Source: Candidatus Lustribacter sp.
GTDB lineage: Bacteria; Vulcanimicrobiota; Vulcanimicrobiia; Vulcanimicrobiales; Vulcanimicrobiaceae
Direction: 5' to 3'
Assembly (NCBI GenBank): GCA_965277805.1
Contig: OZ255842.1
Coordinates: 2,112,001 to 2,176,000 of the forward strand
DNA length: 64,000 bases
Position numbers and translations under genes: made by a program. Position 1 is the first letter of the stretch, and each line of letters starts with the position of its first letter. This document shows positions 1-8,933 of this stretch, piece by piece. The notes beneath the pieces are model-generated. The model saw only the letters and a list, made by a program, of their open reading frames with translations. It searched no databases and was not told where the DNA came from.

Positions 1-155
1 GCGAACGCCTCGACGACTGGGCCGAACGCGTCCGCCGTCCCACCGAATCCGTCGCGAGCCTCGAACGCCGCACTGGTACGCAAACCGCCCGCGGCATCCT
101 CATCGGCATCGTGGATGAGGACGATCTCGTGCGGCAAAAAAACTGCGGCGGATAA
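1..155 (+). CDS. 3' end of an unidentified CDS entering the window
   Basis: Frame 3 is open from the window edge (ERLDDWAERVRRPTES...NCGG) to TAA at 153-155. Confidence 0.4.
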   Translation, partial: ERLDDWAERVRRPTESVASLERRTGTQTARGILIGIVDEDDLVRQKNCGG

Positions 156-182
156 CGCCGGCGAATTGTCGTATCTGGCGGG

Positions 183-1217
183 ATGCGAACTACACAAGTT
201 CGTTGGGTTCACGTTTGTCTGACGGCTCTCGCGGCGCTCCTTACGAACTGCGGGGGCGGTGGCGGCGGACAAGCAAGCGCTGGCTCCCAATTGGCCCCGG
301 CGACGCCCGCCGGCACGGCCGAAGTCGACATCGTCATCATGATTCCGCGAGCAGCCGCTGCAACGAGCCGCGCCCCGCAATACGTCTCACCCGCAACGGC
401 CGGCATCAGCGTCACCGTTAGCGGACAGACAACCAGCGGGCCCTGCCCGGCCTCATCGACGACGTGCAGCTTCGGTGTCGTCGCGCCGCTGGGCACCGAT
501 ACGTTTACGATTTCCGCGTACGATGCGTCCTCAGCGCTGCTGGGAACCGGAAGCACTACGGCGACCATCCTGGCGAACGGCGTCAATACGATTTCGGTGA
601 CGTTCGATGGGATCGTGTCATCGCTCAGCGTCAACCTCTCACCGAGTACGCTGACGGTCGGCCTGCCGGCAACGACGACGCTCTCGGTCGTAGCGAAGGA
701 CGCCGCCGGGTACGTGATCTTGCAGCCCGGCAATTACGAGCAGCCGATCCGAATCACAACCTCGCCGCCGCTGCCCGCGCCGCTGACGTTCGGCGGACCA
801 ACGACCATTGCCGCAATCCCGGCAACGACGACGATGATTCCGGTCGATTATTCGGGCGCGCTCGCCGCCGGACCGATCACCTTCACGGCAACGTCCGGCA
901 CGGTCTCGGGATCGGCTTCGCTCACCATTCCGCCGCCGGGACCGCTGACCGTATCACCCGGCACCGTGCAATTCACGACCGTGCCCGGCGCTGCGTCGAT
1001 CTCGGTGAGCCAGAACAACTATAACGGCGGCTTTGTCTTTACGCAGTCACCGCCCGGAAGTTGCTCGGGGGTCGTGTCGCTCGGAACCTTCTCCGGCGGT
1101 TTGCTGCCGTTAACGTCGCTCGGCGTGGGCACGTGCACCGTGATCGTCTCGAACTCGCTCGGCGCCAGCACGCCGGTGACGGTCAACGTCGAGACGACGA
1201 CCTTGGTGGGTTCATGA
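183..1217 (+). CDS. Ser/Thr-rich beta-sandwich lipoprotein
   Basis: Signal peptide ending LTNC-GGGGG; PQYVSPAT motif; beta-rich; stop overlaps next start (ATGA). Confidence 0.8.
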   Translation: MRTTQVRWVHVCLTALAALLTNCGGGGGGQASAGSQLAPATPAGTAEVDIVIMIPRAAAATSRAPQYVSPATAGISVTVSGQTTSGPCPASSTTCSFGVVAPLGTDTFTISAYDASSALLGTGSTTATILANGVNTISVTFDGIVSSLSVNLSPSTLTVGLPATTTLSVVAKDAAGYVILQPGNYEQPIRITTSPPLPAPLTFGGPTTIAAIPATTTMIPVDYSGALAAGPITFTATSGTVSGSASLTIPPPGPLTVSPGTVQFTTVPGAASISVSQNNYNGGFVFTQSPPGSCSGVVSLGTFSGGLLPLTSLGVGTCTVIVSNSLGASTPVTVNVETTTLVGS

Positions 1218-2848
1218 TGGTATCGTTCGTTCGTATTGCACTCGCTGCCGCGATGGTGAGCCTAGCCGCCTGTGGCGGCGGCGGCGGAACCGGATCGTCG
1301 ATACCATCGGCGACCCCAACCAAGGCCGCCGCCCAAACGGTCGCGGTAACGTTCACCATCACCATTCCGCGCGCGACCAGCAGCACGAGCCGTCACCTGC
1401 AATACATTTCCGCCAGCACGGCGTCGGCCAGCGTCAGCGTCAACGCGGGCGCGCCGGTCAACGCGGCGTGTTCGACCACCTGCACGCTGACCATCAACGC
1501 GCCGGTCGGTCTCGATACCTTCGCCGCCTCGCTGTACGACGCGTCGCACGTGCTCCTGTCCCAAGGGTCGACATCGGCGACGATCGGCGCAACGATCGCG
1601 AACGTGGTTGCCATTGCCTTCGGTGGCCAGGTCGCGAAAATCCAGCTTGCGTCGGCGGTCACGCACCTCGTGCCGGGAACGTTAGCGACGACGGCCACCG
1701 TCAGCGTGACCGTTCTCGATGCCGACAACAACACGATCGTCGGCACCGATCCGTACGCGAACCCGATCACGTTGAGCGATAGCGACGTCTCCGGCAACAC
1801 GACCGTATCGGCCACCTCCATCACCTCGCCCGCCGTCAGCAGCGTTACGTTCACGTACAACGGTTCCGGAACGCTGGCCGGCAACACCGTCACGATAACG
1901 CCGTCGGCAACCGGCGCCGGCACGATTACGCCGGTAAGCTTTAGCGTTTACCCGCACCACACGATTCTCGAATACGCTATTCCCGGCGGAGACTTTCCTG
2001 ATTCGGTCGCGACCGGATCCGATGGCAACCTGTGGTTCGGTCAGCAGAACGTCTCGAAGGTGGGGTACGTCACTCCAGACGGCACGGTCCAGCAATTTTC
2101 GGTCCCGAGCGGCGGGATCGCGTTCATTTGCAAGGGCTCTGACGGCAACATCTGGTTCACCGAGCCGCTGGCCGATAAAATCGGGCGCGTTACGCCGGCT
2201 GGCGTCGTGACCGAGTTCAACGTGCCGACGGCGAACGCGCAACCCGAAGGCATCGCGTCAGGCTCGAGCGGCAACCTTTACTTCGCCGAATTCGGCGCGG
2301 GTAACTCCGGCCGTCTCGGGCAGATCACGACGAGCGGCGTCGTGACGGAGTCTGCGCAAATCCCAACCATGCCCCAGCTCGATAATGTCGCCATGGGCCC
2401 AGACGGCCGAATGTGGGTATCCGAGCCTTTTGCTGGCGGCGCGCTGATGCTCGATGCGTTCTCGCAGACGGACCTCTCGTATACGCAATACTCGATTCCG
2501 GGCGGCGCGCAGCTGCGCAATGTCGTCAACGGGCCGCTCGGCGCCCTCTGGGTCCTGGACGCGGCCAATCACAAGCTCGATCCGGTAGACACCAGCAACG
2601 GCATCTTTGCGGCCCAACTGCCGCTCGTTGACGTCGAGCCGCAGGGACTCGCCGTCGGTTCGGACGGCAACCTGTATTACGGCGGCGATAACACGAACGT
2701 CATCGGCGCGGTGACGACAGCCGGCGTGGAAACCGATTATGCTATTCCCACCGGTAGTGCGGTCCCGAGCGACCTTACCTCGGGTCCGGACGGAAACATT
2801 TGGTTCGCCGAGTTCTCAGCAAACAAGATCGGCCGCCTGATTCTCTAA
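1214..2848 (+). CDS. Lipoprotein: N-terminal domain shared with upstream gene plus C-terminal Vgb/NHL-like beta-propeller
   Basis: Lipobox LAAC-GGGG; repeated GxDGNxWFxE blades; start re-called to ATG 1214. Confidence 0.85.
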   Translation: MMVSFVRIALAAAMVSLAACGGGGGTGSSIPSATPTKAAAQTVAVTFTITIPRATSSTSRHLQYISASTASASVSVNAGAPVNAACSTTCTLTINAPVGLDTFAASLYDASHVLLSQGSTSATIGATIANVVAIAFGGQVAKIQLASAVTHLVPGTLATTATVSVTVLDADNNTIVGTDPYANPITLSDSDVSGNTTVSATSITSPAVSSVTFTYNGSGTLAGNTVTITPSATGAGTITPVSFSVYPHHTILEYAIPGGDFPDSVATGSDGNLWFGQQNVSKVGYVTPDGTVQQFSVPSGGIAFICKGSDGNIWFTEPLADKIGRVTPAGVVTEFNVPTANAQPEGIASGSSGNLYFAEFGAGNSGRLGQITTSGVVTESAQIPTMPQLDNVAMGPDGRMWVSEPFAGGALMLDAFSQTDLSYTQYSIPGGAQLRNVVNGPLGALWVLDAANHKLDPVDTSNGIFAAQLPLVDVEPQGLAVGSDGNLYYGGDNTNVIGAVTTAGVETDYAIPTGSAVPSDLTSGPDGNIWFAEFSANKIGRLIL

Positions 2849-2859
2849 TAGAACATCTC

Positions 2860-3717
2860 ATGGTTGACGTCATCCCCTACGGCCCGACGTTCGTCGCCGA
2901 AGTGCGCGGCATCGACTTCACGCAGCCCGTGAGCGACGCAACGGCACAGCAAGTTCACCAAGCGTTGATGGACCATAAAGTGCTGTTCTTCCGCGACGCC
3001 GAGATGACGCCCGAACAGCACGTCGCGTTCGGCAAGAAATTCGGTGAACTCACGATCCATCCGTTCGTGCCGCACCTCGAACACCTGCCCGAAGTGCTCG
3101 TCCTCGACAACCATCAAGACAACCCCGTCTTCTCCACCGACGTCTGGCATTCAGACGAAACGTTCCGCATCGATCCGCCGATGGGATCGATCCTGCGCTG
3201 CATCACGATCCCCGAACGCGGCGGCGACACGCTCTGGGCCGACATGGCCGCCGCCTACAGCGGTCTCAGCAGCAAGATGCAGCACCTGATCGACGATCTC
3301 GAAGCGATCCACGACTTTCAGAACTTCCGCCACAAGTTCGACGACCTCTCACCGCGCGAACGCCACGAACGCCTAGCAAAAATGGAAGAGGAACTCCCGA
3401 ACCCGACGCACCCCGTCGTCACCGCGCACCCAGCCACCGGTCAAAAAATTCTCTTCGTCAACCCTCAATTCACGCTCGCAATCAAAGGCATGTCGGAAAC
3501 CGAAAGCCGCGCACTCCTAACGCAGCTCTTCATGCAGGCAATGATCCCCGAATACCAGTTCCGCTTCCACTGGCAACCCAACTCCATGGTCTTCTGGGAC
3601 AACCGAGGCACCCAACACTACGCCGCCAACGACTACTACCCCAACCGCCGCACCATGCAAAGAGTAACCATAAAAACCGAACACCCCGCGCACGACCTAA
3701 AGTCATCCCGAGCTTGA
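2860..3717 (+). CDS. TauD/TfdA-family Fe(II)/2-oxoglutarate dioxygenase
   Basis: WHSD, GGDTLW, WDNRGTQHYA, R(x)MQR motifs; stop codon lies inside a REP copy. Confidence 0.92.
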   Translation: MVDVIPYGPTFVAEVRGIDFTQPVSDATAQQVHQALMDHKVLFFRDAEMTPEQHVAFGKKFGELTIHPFVPHLEHLPEVLVLDNHQDNPVFSTDVWHSDETFRIDPPMGSILRCITIPERGGDTLWADMAAAYSGLSSKMQHLIDDLEAIHDFQNFRHKFDDLSPRERHERLAKMEEELPNPTHPVVTAHPATGQKILFVNPQFTLAIKGMSETESRALLTQLFMQAMIPEYQFRFHWQPNSMVFWDNRGTQHYAANDYYPNRRTMQRVTIKTEHPAHDLKSSRA

Positions 3718-3730
3718 CGAGGGACCGCCA
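3702..3730 (+). repeat. REP-like element copy 1
   Basis: GTCATCCCGAGCTTGACGAGGGACCGCCA; one change creates the TGA ending the TauD-like gene. Confidence 0.9.
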
Positions 3731-3735
3731 CCATC

Positions 3736-4215
3736 TTGCCCACGAGATTCTCCGTCCGCCTACCACTCATGCTCGCGCTCCTCGGAGTCGCGCTCCAAGG
3801 CCGCGCCACAGCCGCCGTCCTCACCACCCACACGCAAACGTTCATCGGTGCCGAGGGCTCGTTGAAATTCCCAGGCGGCGTACCCCAGTGCGACACATCA
3901 GCAAAAGGCATCGACGCACTGACGCTCCCGGAGGCCACTCTCGCACCCACATCAGCAGCCACGCAGCTGGCGTGGACGCCCTCGGGTAGTCAATCGAGCG
4001 CGTACCAAATCACAGTAACCGATCCCACCGGCGCAGTCGCAACAACGTGGCAGATCGGCGCAAACTCAACCGCGCAAGTCTCGTTTTTCAAATCCGGCGA
4101 GCCGGCCGGCGCGTGGTCGCTCCGCGAGTCGGGACTTCCCTCGAGCATCTGCTCCAACGGCTCGCTCATGGGCAGCCCCGGCACCGCTACCGGCACCGCC
4201 GCCTGGTATCAGTAG
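3736..4215 (+). CDS. Secreted hypothetical protein
   Basis: Hydrophobic N-terminus with ATA/AA cleavage-like site; two Cys; start uncertain (3736 TTG or 3769 ATG). Confidence 0.6.
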   Translation: MPTRFSVRLPLMLALLGVALQGRATAAVLTTHTQTFIGAEGSLKFPGGVPQCDTSAKGIDALTLPEATLAPTSAATQLAWTPSGSQSSAYQITVTDPTGAVATTWQIGANSTAQVSFFKSGEPAGAWSLRESGLPSSICSNGSLMGSPGTATGTAAWYQ

Positions 4216-5153
4216 CTCACGAAACCGGCCGGTACGCCCGCTAACCCTTCTTCGATGTCCAGCGCGCAGCGCATGATCAGCGCGAGCAAATGGCTGCGGA
4301 CGAGCCGATAACCGCCGGTGATGTCGAGCACGCCCAGAATCGCCTGCGTATCCGGATCGCGGATCGGCGCCGCCGTGCACGTAAGGTGTTGCCAACCGTC
4401 GCAAAAATGCTCGGCGGCCATCAACTGCAACGGGCGGCCGTCGGCAAGCGCGGTCCCGATCGCGTTGGTGCCTGCGGCGCCTTCGCTCCAGTCGGCGCCC
4501 GCAACGAATTCAAGCCGCTCCAAGAGATGCACGACGGCACGATCGCCTTCGATGTGGAGTATTCGACCCGCACTGTCGGTCAACACGACGACATAGCCCG
4601 AACCGGCAAGGTGATCGACGAGAAAGGTCACCACCGGACGAGCCGCACGCAACAGCCGTTCGCTCGCAAGCAGCAAGTCATCGAGTTCCGCGGCGCGCGT
4701 GATCAACAGCGGTGCGATCGCGCGCGCCGCGTCAACGGCCGCAGCCCGGCTGCGCAGCCACGACGTCACGATGCGCGCGCGGCCGCCCGGTCGAAGTTCA
4801 CCCGTCTGGAGGAAGCGTTCGCGGATGCGCATCAAGTTGCGCGCGGTCTGCTCGATCTCGGCCGGTGTGGCGATCGACAACGCGATGCCCGGTGCGGCCG
4901 CAAGCGTGAGGATCTCCGGATTCGCCGTGATATCCACCGTCGACGCGCCCGCCAGACCGATGTCCGGCAGCGCCATGCGCAGCAGCCCGAGCCGGTCGGG
5001 AACGTCGAGCGCGAAGACGTCGGCCAGGCGGCCGGCCAGCGCCGCCGAGGCGTGTGACCCACCGGCTTCCAGCAACGCATACCACGTCCGGCTCACGCCG
5101 ACTGCCTCCGAGACCTCTTCCTGCGTCACCGGGCGCCCAACCCGCGAGGGCAA
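4209..5153 (-). CDS. XRE/MmyB-like HTH fused to AcoR-type GAF domain regulator
   Basis: VTQEEVSEAVGVSRTWYALLE HTH; WSExxAGTNAIGTAL...EHF...CTAAPIRDP...GVLDI GAF; frame stays open upstream to about 5273 without a canonical start. Confidence 0.8.
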   Translation of the reverse strand: MPSRVGRPVTQEEVSEAVGVSRTWYALLEAGGSHASAALAGRLADVFALDVPDRLGLLRMALPDIGLAGASTVDITANPEILTLAAAPGIALSIATPAEIEQTARNLMRIRERFLQTGELRPGGRARIVTSWLRSRAAAVDAARAIAPLLITRAAELDDLLLASERLLRAARPVVTFLVDHLAGSGYVVVLTDSAGRILHIEGDRAVVHLLERLEFVAGADWSEGAAGTNAIGTALADGRPLQLMAAEHFCDGWQHLTCTAAPIRDPDTQAILGVLDITGGYRLVRSHLLALIMRCALDIEEGLAGVPAGFVSY

Positions 5154-5176
5154 ACGCTCGTAGGATCCGAGCTGCG

Positions 5177-6238
5177 TTACCGCCGGATTGGTCGCAAGCC
5201 GTAGCCTCCGCAGGAAGCTCCCAAAGCTGAGATCGGTCGTAGTAAAGCAGCCCTTTGCAATCGAGCTATTTTTTCACCTTCGGCGGCAAAGGAGGGGTCG
5301 TAAAGGTCGGCCATGGGCGGCAGCGCGGGAATGATGCCGAACCCGACCTGATATTTCCCGATCGCGGCGATCCCCGACGGCGAGAGCTTTAGGTTCGGAT
5401 CGTAGGCTTTCCACTTGCCGAAATCGATATCCCAAGCCCGGGCGGCAATCAGCGGATCGATGTGCGCGCTGGCAACGAGCGCCGCGACGGACGCCGCCTT
5501 GTGCGCATAGCCGTACTGCATCCCACGGTGCACGGCGCGCAAAAACTTCACCAGCAGCGGGCGATTCTTTTCGGCCCAACTCGTGTTGGCGAAGATGCAG
5601 GCGAAGGCCCAATCCTGGGTCGTATCGACCGCACTGCCGAGAATGCGATCGCCGGCAGCTTCAGCCACCAAATCGTAGGGTTCGTTCAGCATCGCGCCTT
5701 GCACGTTGCCGCTGTTGAGGCCGGCGATGCGCTCAGTGCTGTTGCCGCTGATCACGATGGAGAAATCGTCGAGTTTGAGGTTATGCGCTGCGGCCATCGT
5801 CGTGAAAGCGATTGCGGTGACGTCTTGTTTCGTCGCGAGCATGACCGACTTGCCCTTGAGGTCGGCCCACGTCTTGATGTCCGGAGCGACGACGAGCGAG
5901 TAGGGGTTCACGCTGAACATCGGCGCGACGATCTTGATCGGAAGCTGATGCGCGATCGCGACGATTTCGGAATCGCACCCGTTGGCGCCGAGATTGACGG
6001 CGCCGGTCGCAACTTGGCTGACGACATTGGGCGGCGTTCCGCCCACGACCATCGTCACCGCGATGCCCTCGTCCTTATAGAAGCCTTGCGATTCCGCCAG
6101 GATCAACGGCCACCCCGCCGTGCCCGGCGCGACCAGCGCAAAGGTCAGTTCGGTGAGACCGCTTTGAGCGACGGCCGGGCGAGGCCCGGCGAACGAGGCC
6201 AGGCTTGCCAGCAAGACGAGCGCGATCGCGCGCATCAT
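5177..6238 (-). CDS. NMT1/SsuA-type ABC substrate-binding protein (tail probably extended by a frameshift)
   Basis: Signal peptide; GFYKDEGI, DLKGKSV, KFLRAV motifs. Confidence 0.85.
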   Translation of the reverse strand: MMRAIALVLLASLASFAGPRPAVAQSGLTELTFALVAPGTAGWPLILAESQGFYKDEGIAVTMVVGGTPPNVVSQVATGAVNLGANGCDSEIVAIAHQLPIKIVAPMFSVNPYSLVVAPDIKTWADLKGKSVMLATKQDVTAIAFTTMAAAHNLKLDDFSIVISGNSTERIAGLNSGNVQGAMLNEPYDLVAEAAGDRILGSAVDTTQDWAFACIFANTSWAEKNRPLLVKFLRAVHRGMQYGYAHKAASVAALVASAHIDPLIAARAWDIDFGKWKAYDPNLKLSPSGIAAIGKYQVGFGIIPALPPMADLYDPSFAAEGEKIARLQRAALLRPISALGASCGGYGLRPIRR

Positions 6239-6241
6239 CGT

Positions 6242-7900
6242 CTAATCTCCCGGTTCGAGTTTGACGATCGATGCGCCCTGATTGCTGCCGACCCAGAACG
6301 TCACCGGGTTCGTCGTGTTGTCGACGAACACGCGGCGCACGTTCGTCGCGCGCGGCAACAAGTACTCGACGGCCTTGCCGCTCTTCGAATCGAGCCGCGT
6401 AATGAGGTCGGTCGACATGTTGCCCGTCCACAATTCGCCGTGCTTGTCCTGGACCGCGTCGTAGGGATCGCTCCAGGTGGTCGGAAGCTTCCACTCCGTC
6501 ATCTTGCCGGTGTTTGCGTCGTACATGCCGATCTGATCGCCGGCAAACTCCGCAAACGTCAGCTGGTTTTTGTCGTTGAAGTGTCCGCGGCGCAGCCGGA
6601 CGTTCTTGGTCGGCGTCGGAATCATCGAGAGCGCTTTGGTTTGATAATCGACTTTCCCGAGGTAGTTGCCGTCGGTCTGGCTGAAGTCGAGCGCATAGGC
6701 GTTGTTGTGTGCGTCGGTGAGCACGCCGTAGAGCGTTTCCGAATGCAGCCCGGTGTTGTCGGTAATCTTGAACGGCCCGTACGTCTGCCACTGATTCGTT
6801 GCCGGGTCCAAGAGGTGGACGGTGTTCTTGTCGACGTCGTTGGTGATCACGAGGCCGTTCGGCAGCGGATCGACCATCGCGATCTGGGAGGCGTTATCGT
6901 TCAAGTCGGGCGGCAGCGAGAACGTCTTGAAGGTCTTCGTTTTCGGATCGAATTCGGCGACGCCGGCCTGCAACAGCATTCCCATCCAGATATTACCGGA
7001 CTTGTCCATTTCGAGGTCCAGCGAGCCCGCAGGAAATTGCGGTTTGAGACGCGGCAGCGTGTATTCCGTGACCACGCCGGTACGCGGATCGAGTTCGCCC
7101 AGCACTTGCGCCGCAAAATCCGAGTACCACGCCATGCCGTGCGCATCGAGGATCACGTCGTGCGGTTCGGTCAGCGCGCGCGGCAGGTCGTACTCCGTGA
7201 CGATCGCGTGCGTCGCGCCGCCGCTCGGGCGCGGGTGCGTCTTGAGCGGATACTTCCACGAGCCGCTGCTCAAGTTGATGCTCGCGATGTATTCCGCGAG
7301 CGAGCGCAGTTGTGCCGGATCTTGTTTGCGCGGTGGCGAGAGCCGGCGGTCGGGCGACAGCGGCTGCGCGCCGGGCGCGAACCCGCTCATCATCGGGATA
7401 ATCTGCACGAGCTGATTCGCCGTATAGTGCGTCGTCACGATCCGGAAGATCGTGTGGCAGCCCATGCAGTCGATCAGCCGCTTCTTCTCGTCGGGCGTGC
7501 CGGGCATGCTCGTCAGCCAGTCTCCGTTGCTGAGCTGCGCGGCGAGGTCGGTCGTCTTCTTCAGGCGAAGGTCGGCGCTCGTCGTGGCCGAGCCGAGCGT
7601 GACCGCGTTGGATCCGTCGAGGTCATAACCGGCCGCGCGAATCGTGAGGGCATACGCGCCCGGACCGAGTCTCGCCGCGGGGAAGCTGTAACGGCCATTT
7701 GCGTCGCTCACGACGGTGGTCGTGACGTTCGAGCCGTTCAGCCGGGCGCTGACCAGCACGCCTTCCATCGCCCCCTCTTCGGCTGAGCTGACGGTCCCCG
7801 TCAGCGCGACGCCGGGCGTCTGCGCATGAAGTCCGCTAGCGGCCGTAATGAGCAGGACGGCAAAGGCGAGCGCGACGATGACGAGCAACGGTTTGCGCAC
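6242..7900 (-). CDS. Secreted carboxypeptidase-regulatory-like Ig domain + CxxCH heme-c motif + Vgb-like propeller protein
   Basis: GTVSS..MEGVLVSA..SDANGRYSF; CMGCH; propeller repeats; SD GGAGG upstream of GTG. Confidence 0.8.
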   Translation of the reverse strand: MRKPLLVIVALAFAVLLITAASGLHAQTPGVALTGTVSSAEEGAMEGVLVSARLNGSNVTTTVVSDANGRYSFPAARLGPGAYALTIRAAGYDLDGSNAVTLGSATTSADLRLKKTTDLAAQLSNGDWLTSMPGTPDEKKRLIDCMGCHTIFRIVTTHYTANQLVQIIPMMSGFAPGAQPLSPDRRLSPPRKQDPAQLRSLAEYIASINLSSGSWKYPLKTHPRPSGGATHAIVTEYDLPRALTEPHDVILDAHGMAWYSDFAAQVLGELDPRTGVVTEYTLPRLKPQFPAGSLDLEMDKSGNIWMGMLLQAGVAEFDPKTKTFKTFSLPPDLNDNASQIAMVDPLPNGLVITNDVDKNTVHLLDPATNQWQTYGPFKITDNTGLHSETLYGVLTDAHNNAYALDFSQTDGNYLGKVDYQTKALSMIPTPTKNVRLRRGHFNDKNQLTFAEFAGDQIGMYDANTGKMTEWKLPTTWSDPYDAVQDKHGELWTGNMSTDLITRLDSKSGKAVEYLLPRATNVRRVFVDNTTNPVTFWVGSNQGASIVKLEPGD

Positions 7901-7976
7901 GTGAACTCCCTCCAGGGCGAATAGTCGCTCCTATCGCGCACGGAAACCCATGTCCCCTCCAGAAGGGCATCCCATT

Positions 7977-8930
7977 ATGCCGAAAGCAGTGCAGCTCTCC
8001 GCCTACGGCGGACTCGACCAAGTGAAGATCGTCGACGTCGCAAAACCGGAACCCCAAGCGGGCGAGGTCGTCGTGCGCGTGATCGCCGCGGGCACGAACC
8101 CCGGCGAAATCTCGATTCGCGAAGGATACCTCAAGGAGATGTATCCGATGGAGTTTCCGTTCGGGCAAGGCTCTGATTTTTCCGGACGCGTCGATTCCGC
8201 CGGTGCCGGCGTAACGGAGTTTGCGCCGGGCGACGCGGTCATGGGATGGTCCGAGCTGCGCGCCGCGCAGGCGGAATACGTCGCGGTTCCCACGTCACAA
8301 CTTATCGCGAAGCCGCCCGCGCTCGACTGGTACCGCGCCGGCAGCCTGAAGGTCGTCGCATCGACCGCCGTCGCCGCGGTGCGCGCCGTCGCGTTGAAGC
8401 CGGGCGACACCGTGGCCGTCGGTGGTGCAGCGGGCGGCGTCGGCTCCATCGCCGTGCAGCTCGCGCAACGCACCGGCGCGCGCGTCATCGGCATTGCGAG
8501 CAACCAGAGCGCGGCGTTTCTGCGTTCGGTCGGGGTCGAACCCGTCGCGTACGGCGACGGTCTCGCCGACCGTTTGCGGGCGGCGGCCCCGAACGGGATT
8601 ACCGCGTTCATCGACCTCTTCGGTAACGGTTACATCGACCTCGCTGTATCGCTCGGCGTTCCGCCCGCACGCATCAATACGATCATCGATTTCGCCGGCG
8701 CACAAAAGGTCGGCGCGAAGACGGATGGTTCGGGCGCCGCGAACACGCGCGAGGTCTTAGCATCCGTTGCAAACCCGATTGCATGGGGCGACATCAAGAT
8801 GCCCCTGGAGGCGATTTACCCGTTCGCGATGGTGAAGGACGCGTATACCGAACTCGCGCGGCGCAAAGCCCACGGCAAAATCGTGATCGCACTCGACGAA
8901 TCCGTCACGAAACCGCTGCGCCCGAACTAA
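7977..8930 (+). CDS. NADP-dependent MDR (quinone oxidoreductase-like) oxidoreductase
   Basis: PxPxAGEVVVRV..AGTNP, GSDFSG, GAAGGVG, GKIV. Confidence 0.9.
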   Translation: MPKAVQLSAYGGLDQVKIVDVAKPEPQAGEVVVRVIAAGTNPGEISIREGYLKEMYPMEFPFGQGSDFSGRVDSAGAGVTEFAPGDAVMGWSELRAAQAEYVAVPTSQLIAKPPALDWYRAGSLKVVASTAVAAVRAVALKPGDTVAVGGAAGGVGSIAVQLAQRTGARVIGIASNQSAAFLRSVGVEPVAYGDGLADRLRAAAPNGITAFIDLFGNGYIDLAVSLGVPPARINTIIDFAGAQKVGAKTDGSGAANTREVLASVANPIAWGDIKMPLEAIYPFAMVKDAYTELARRKAHGKIVIALDESVTKPLRPN

Positions 8931-8933
8931 CCG

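Noticed and set aside
5462-7786. 774-aa + strand ORF and similar long antisense ORFs (18993-19991, 46842-47915, 49608-51110, 60413-61708)
   Set aside because: Shadow ORFs opposite well-supported genes in high-GC DNA, with no recognisable motifs
1214-7900. Streptogramin-resistance vgb genes
   Set aside because: Both Vgb-like propellers are in exported multidomain proteins; fold similarity alone does not indicate resistance
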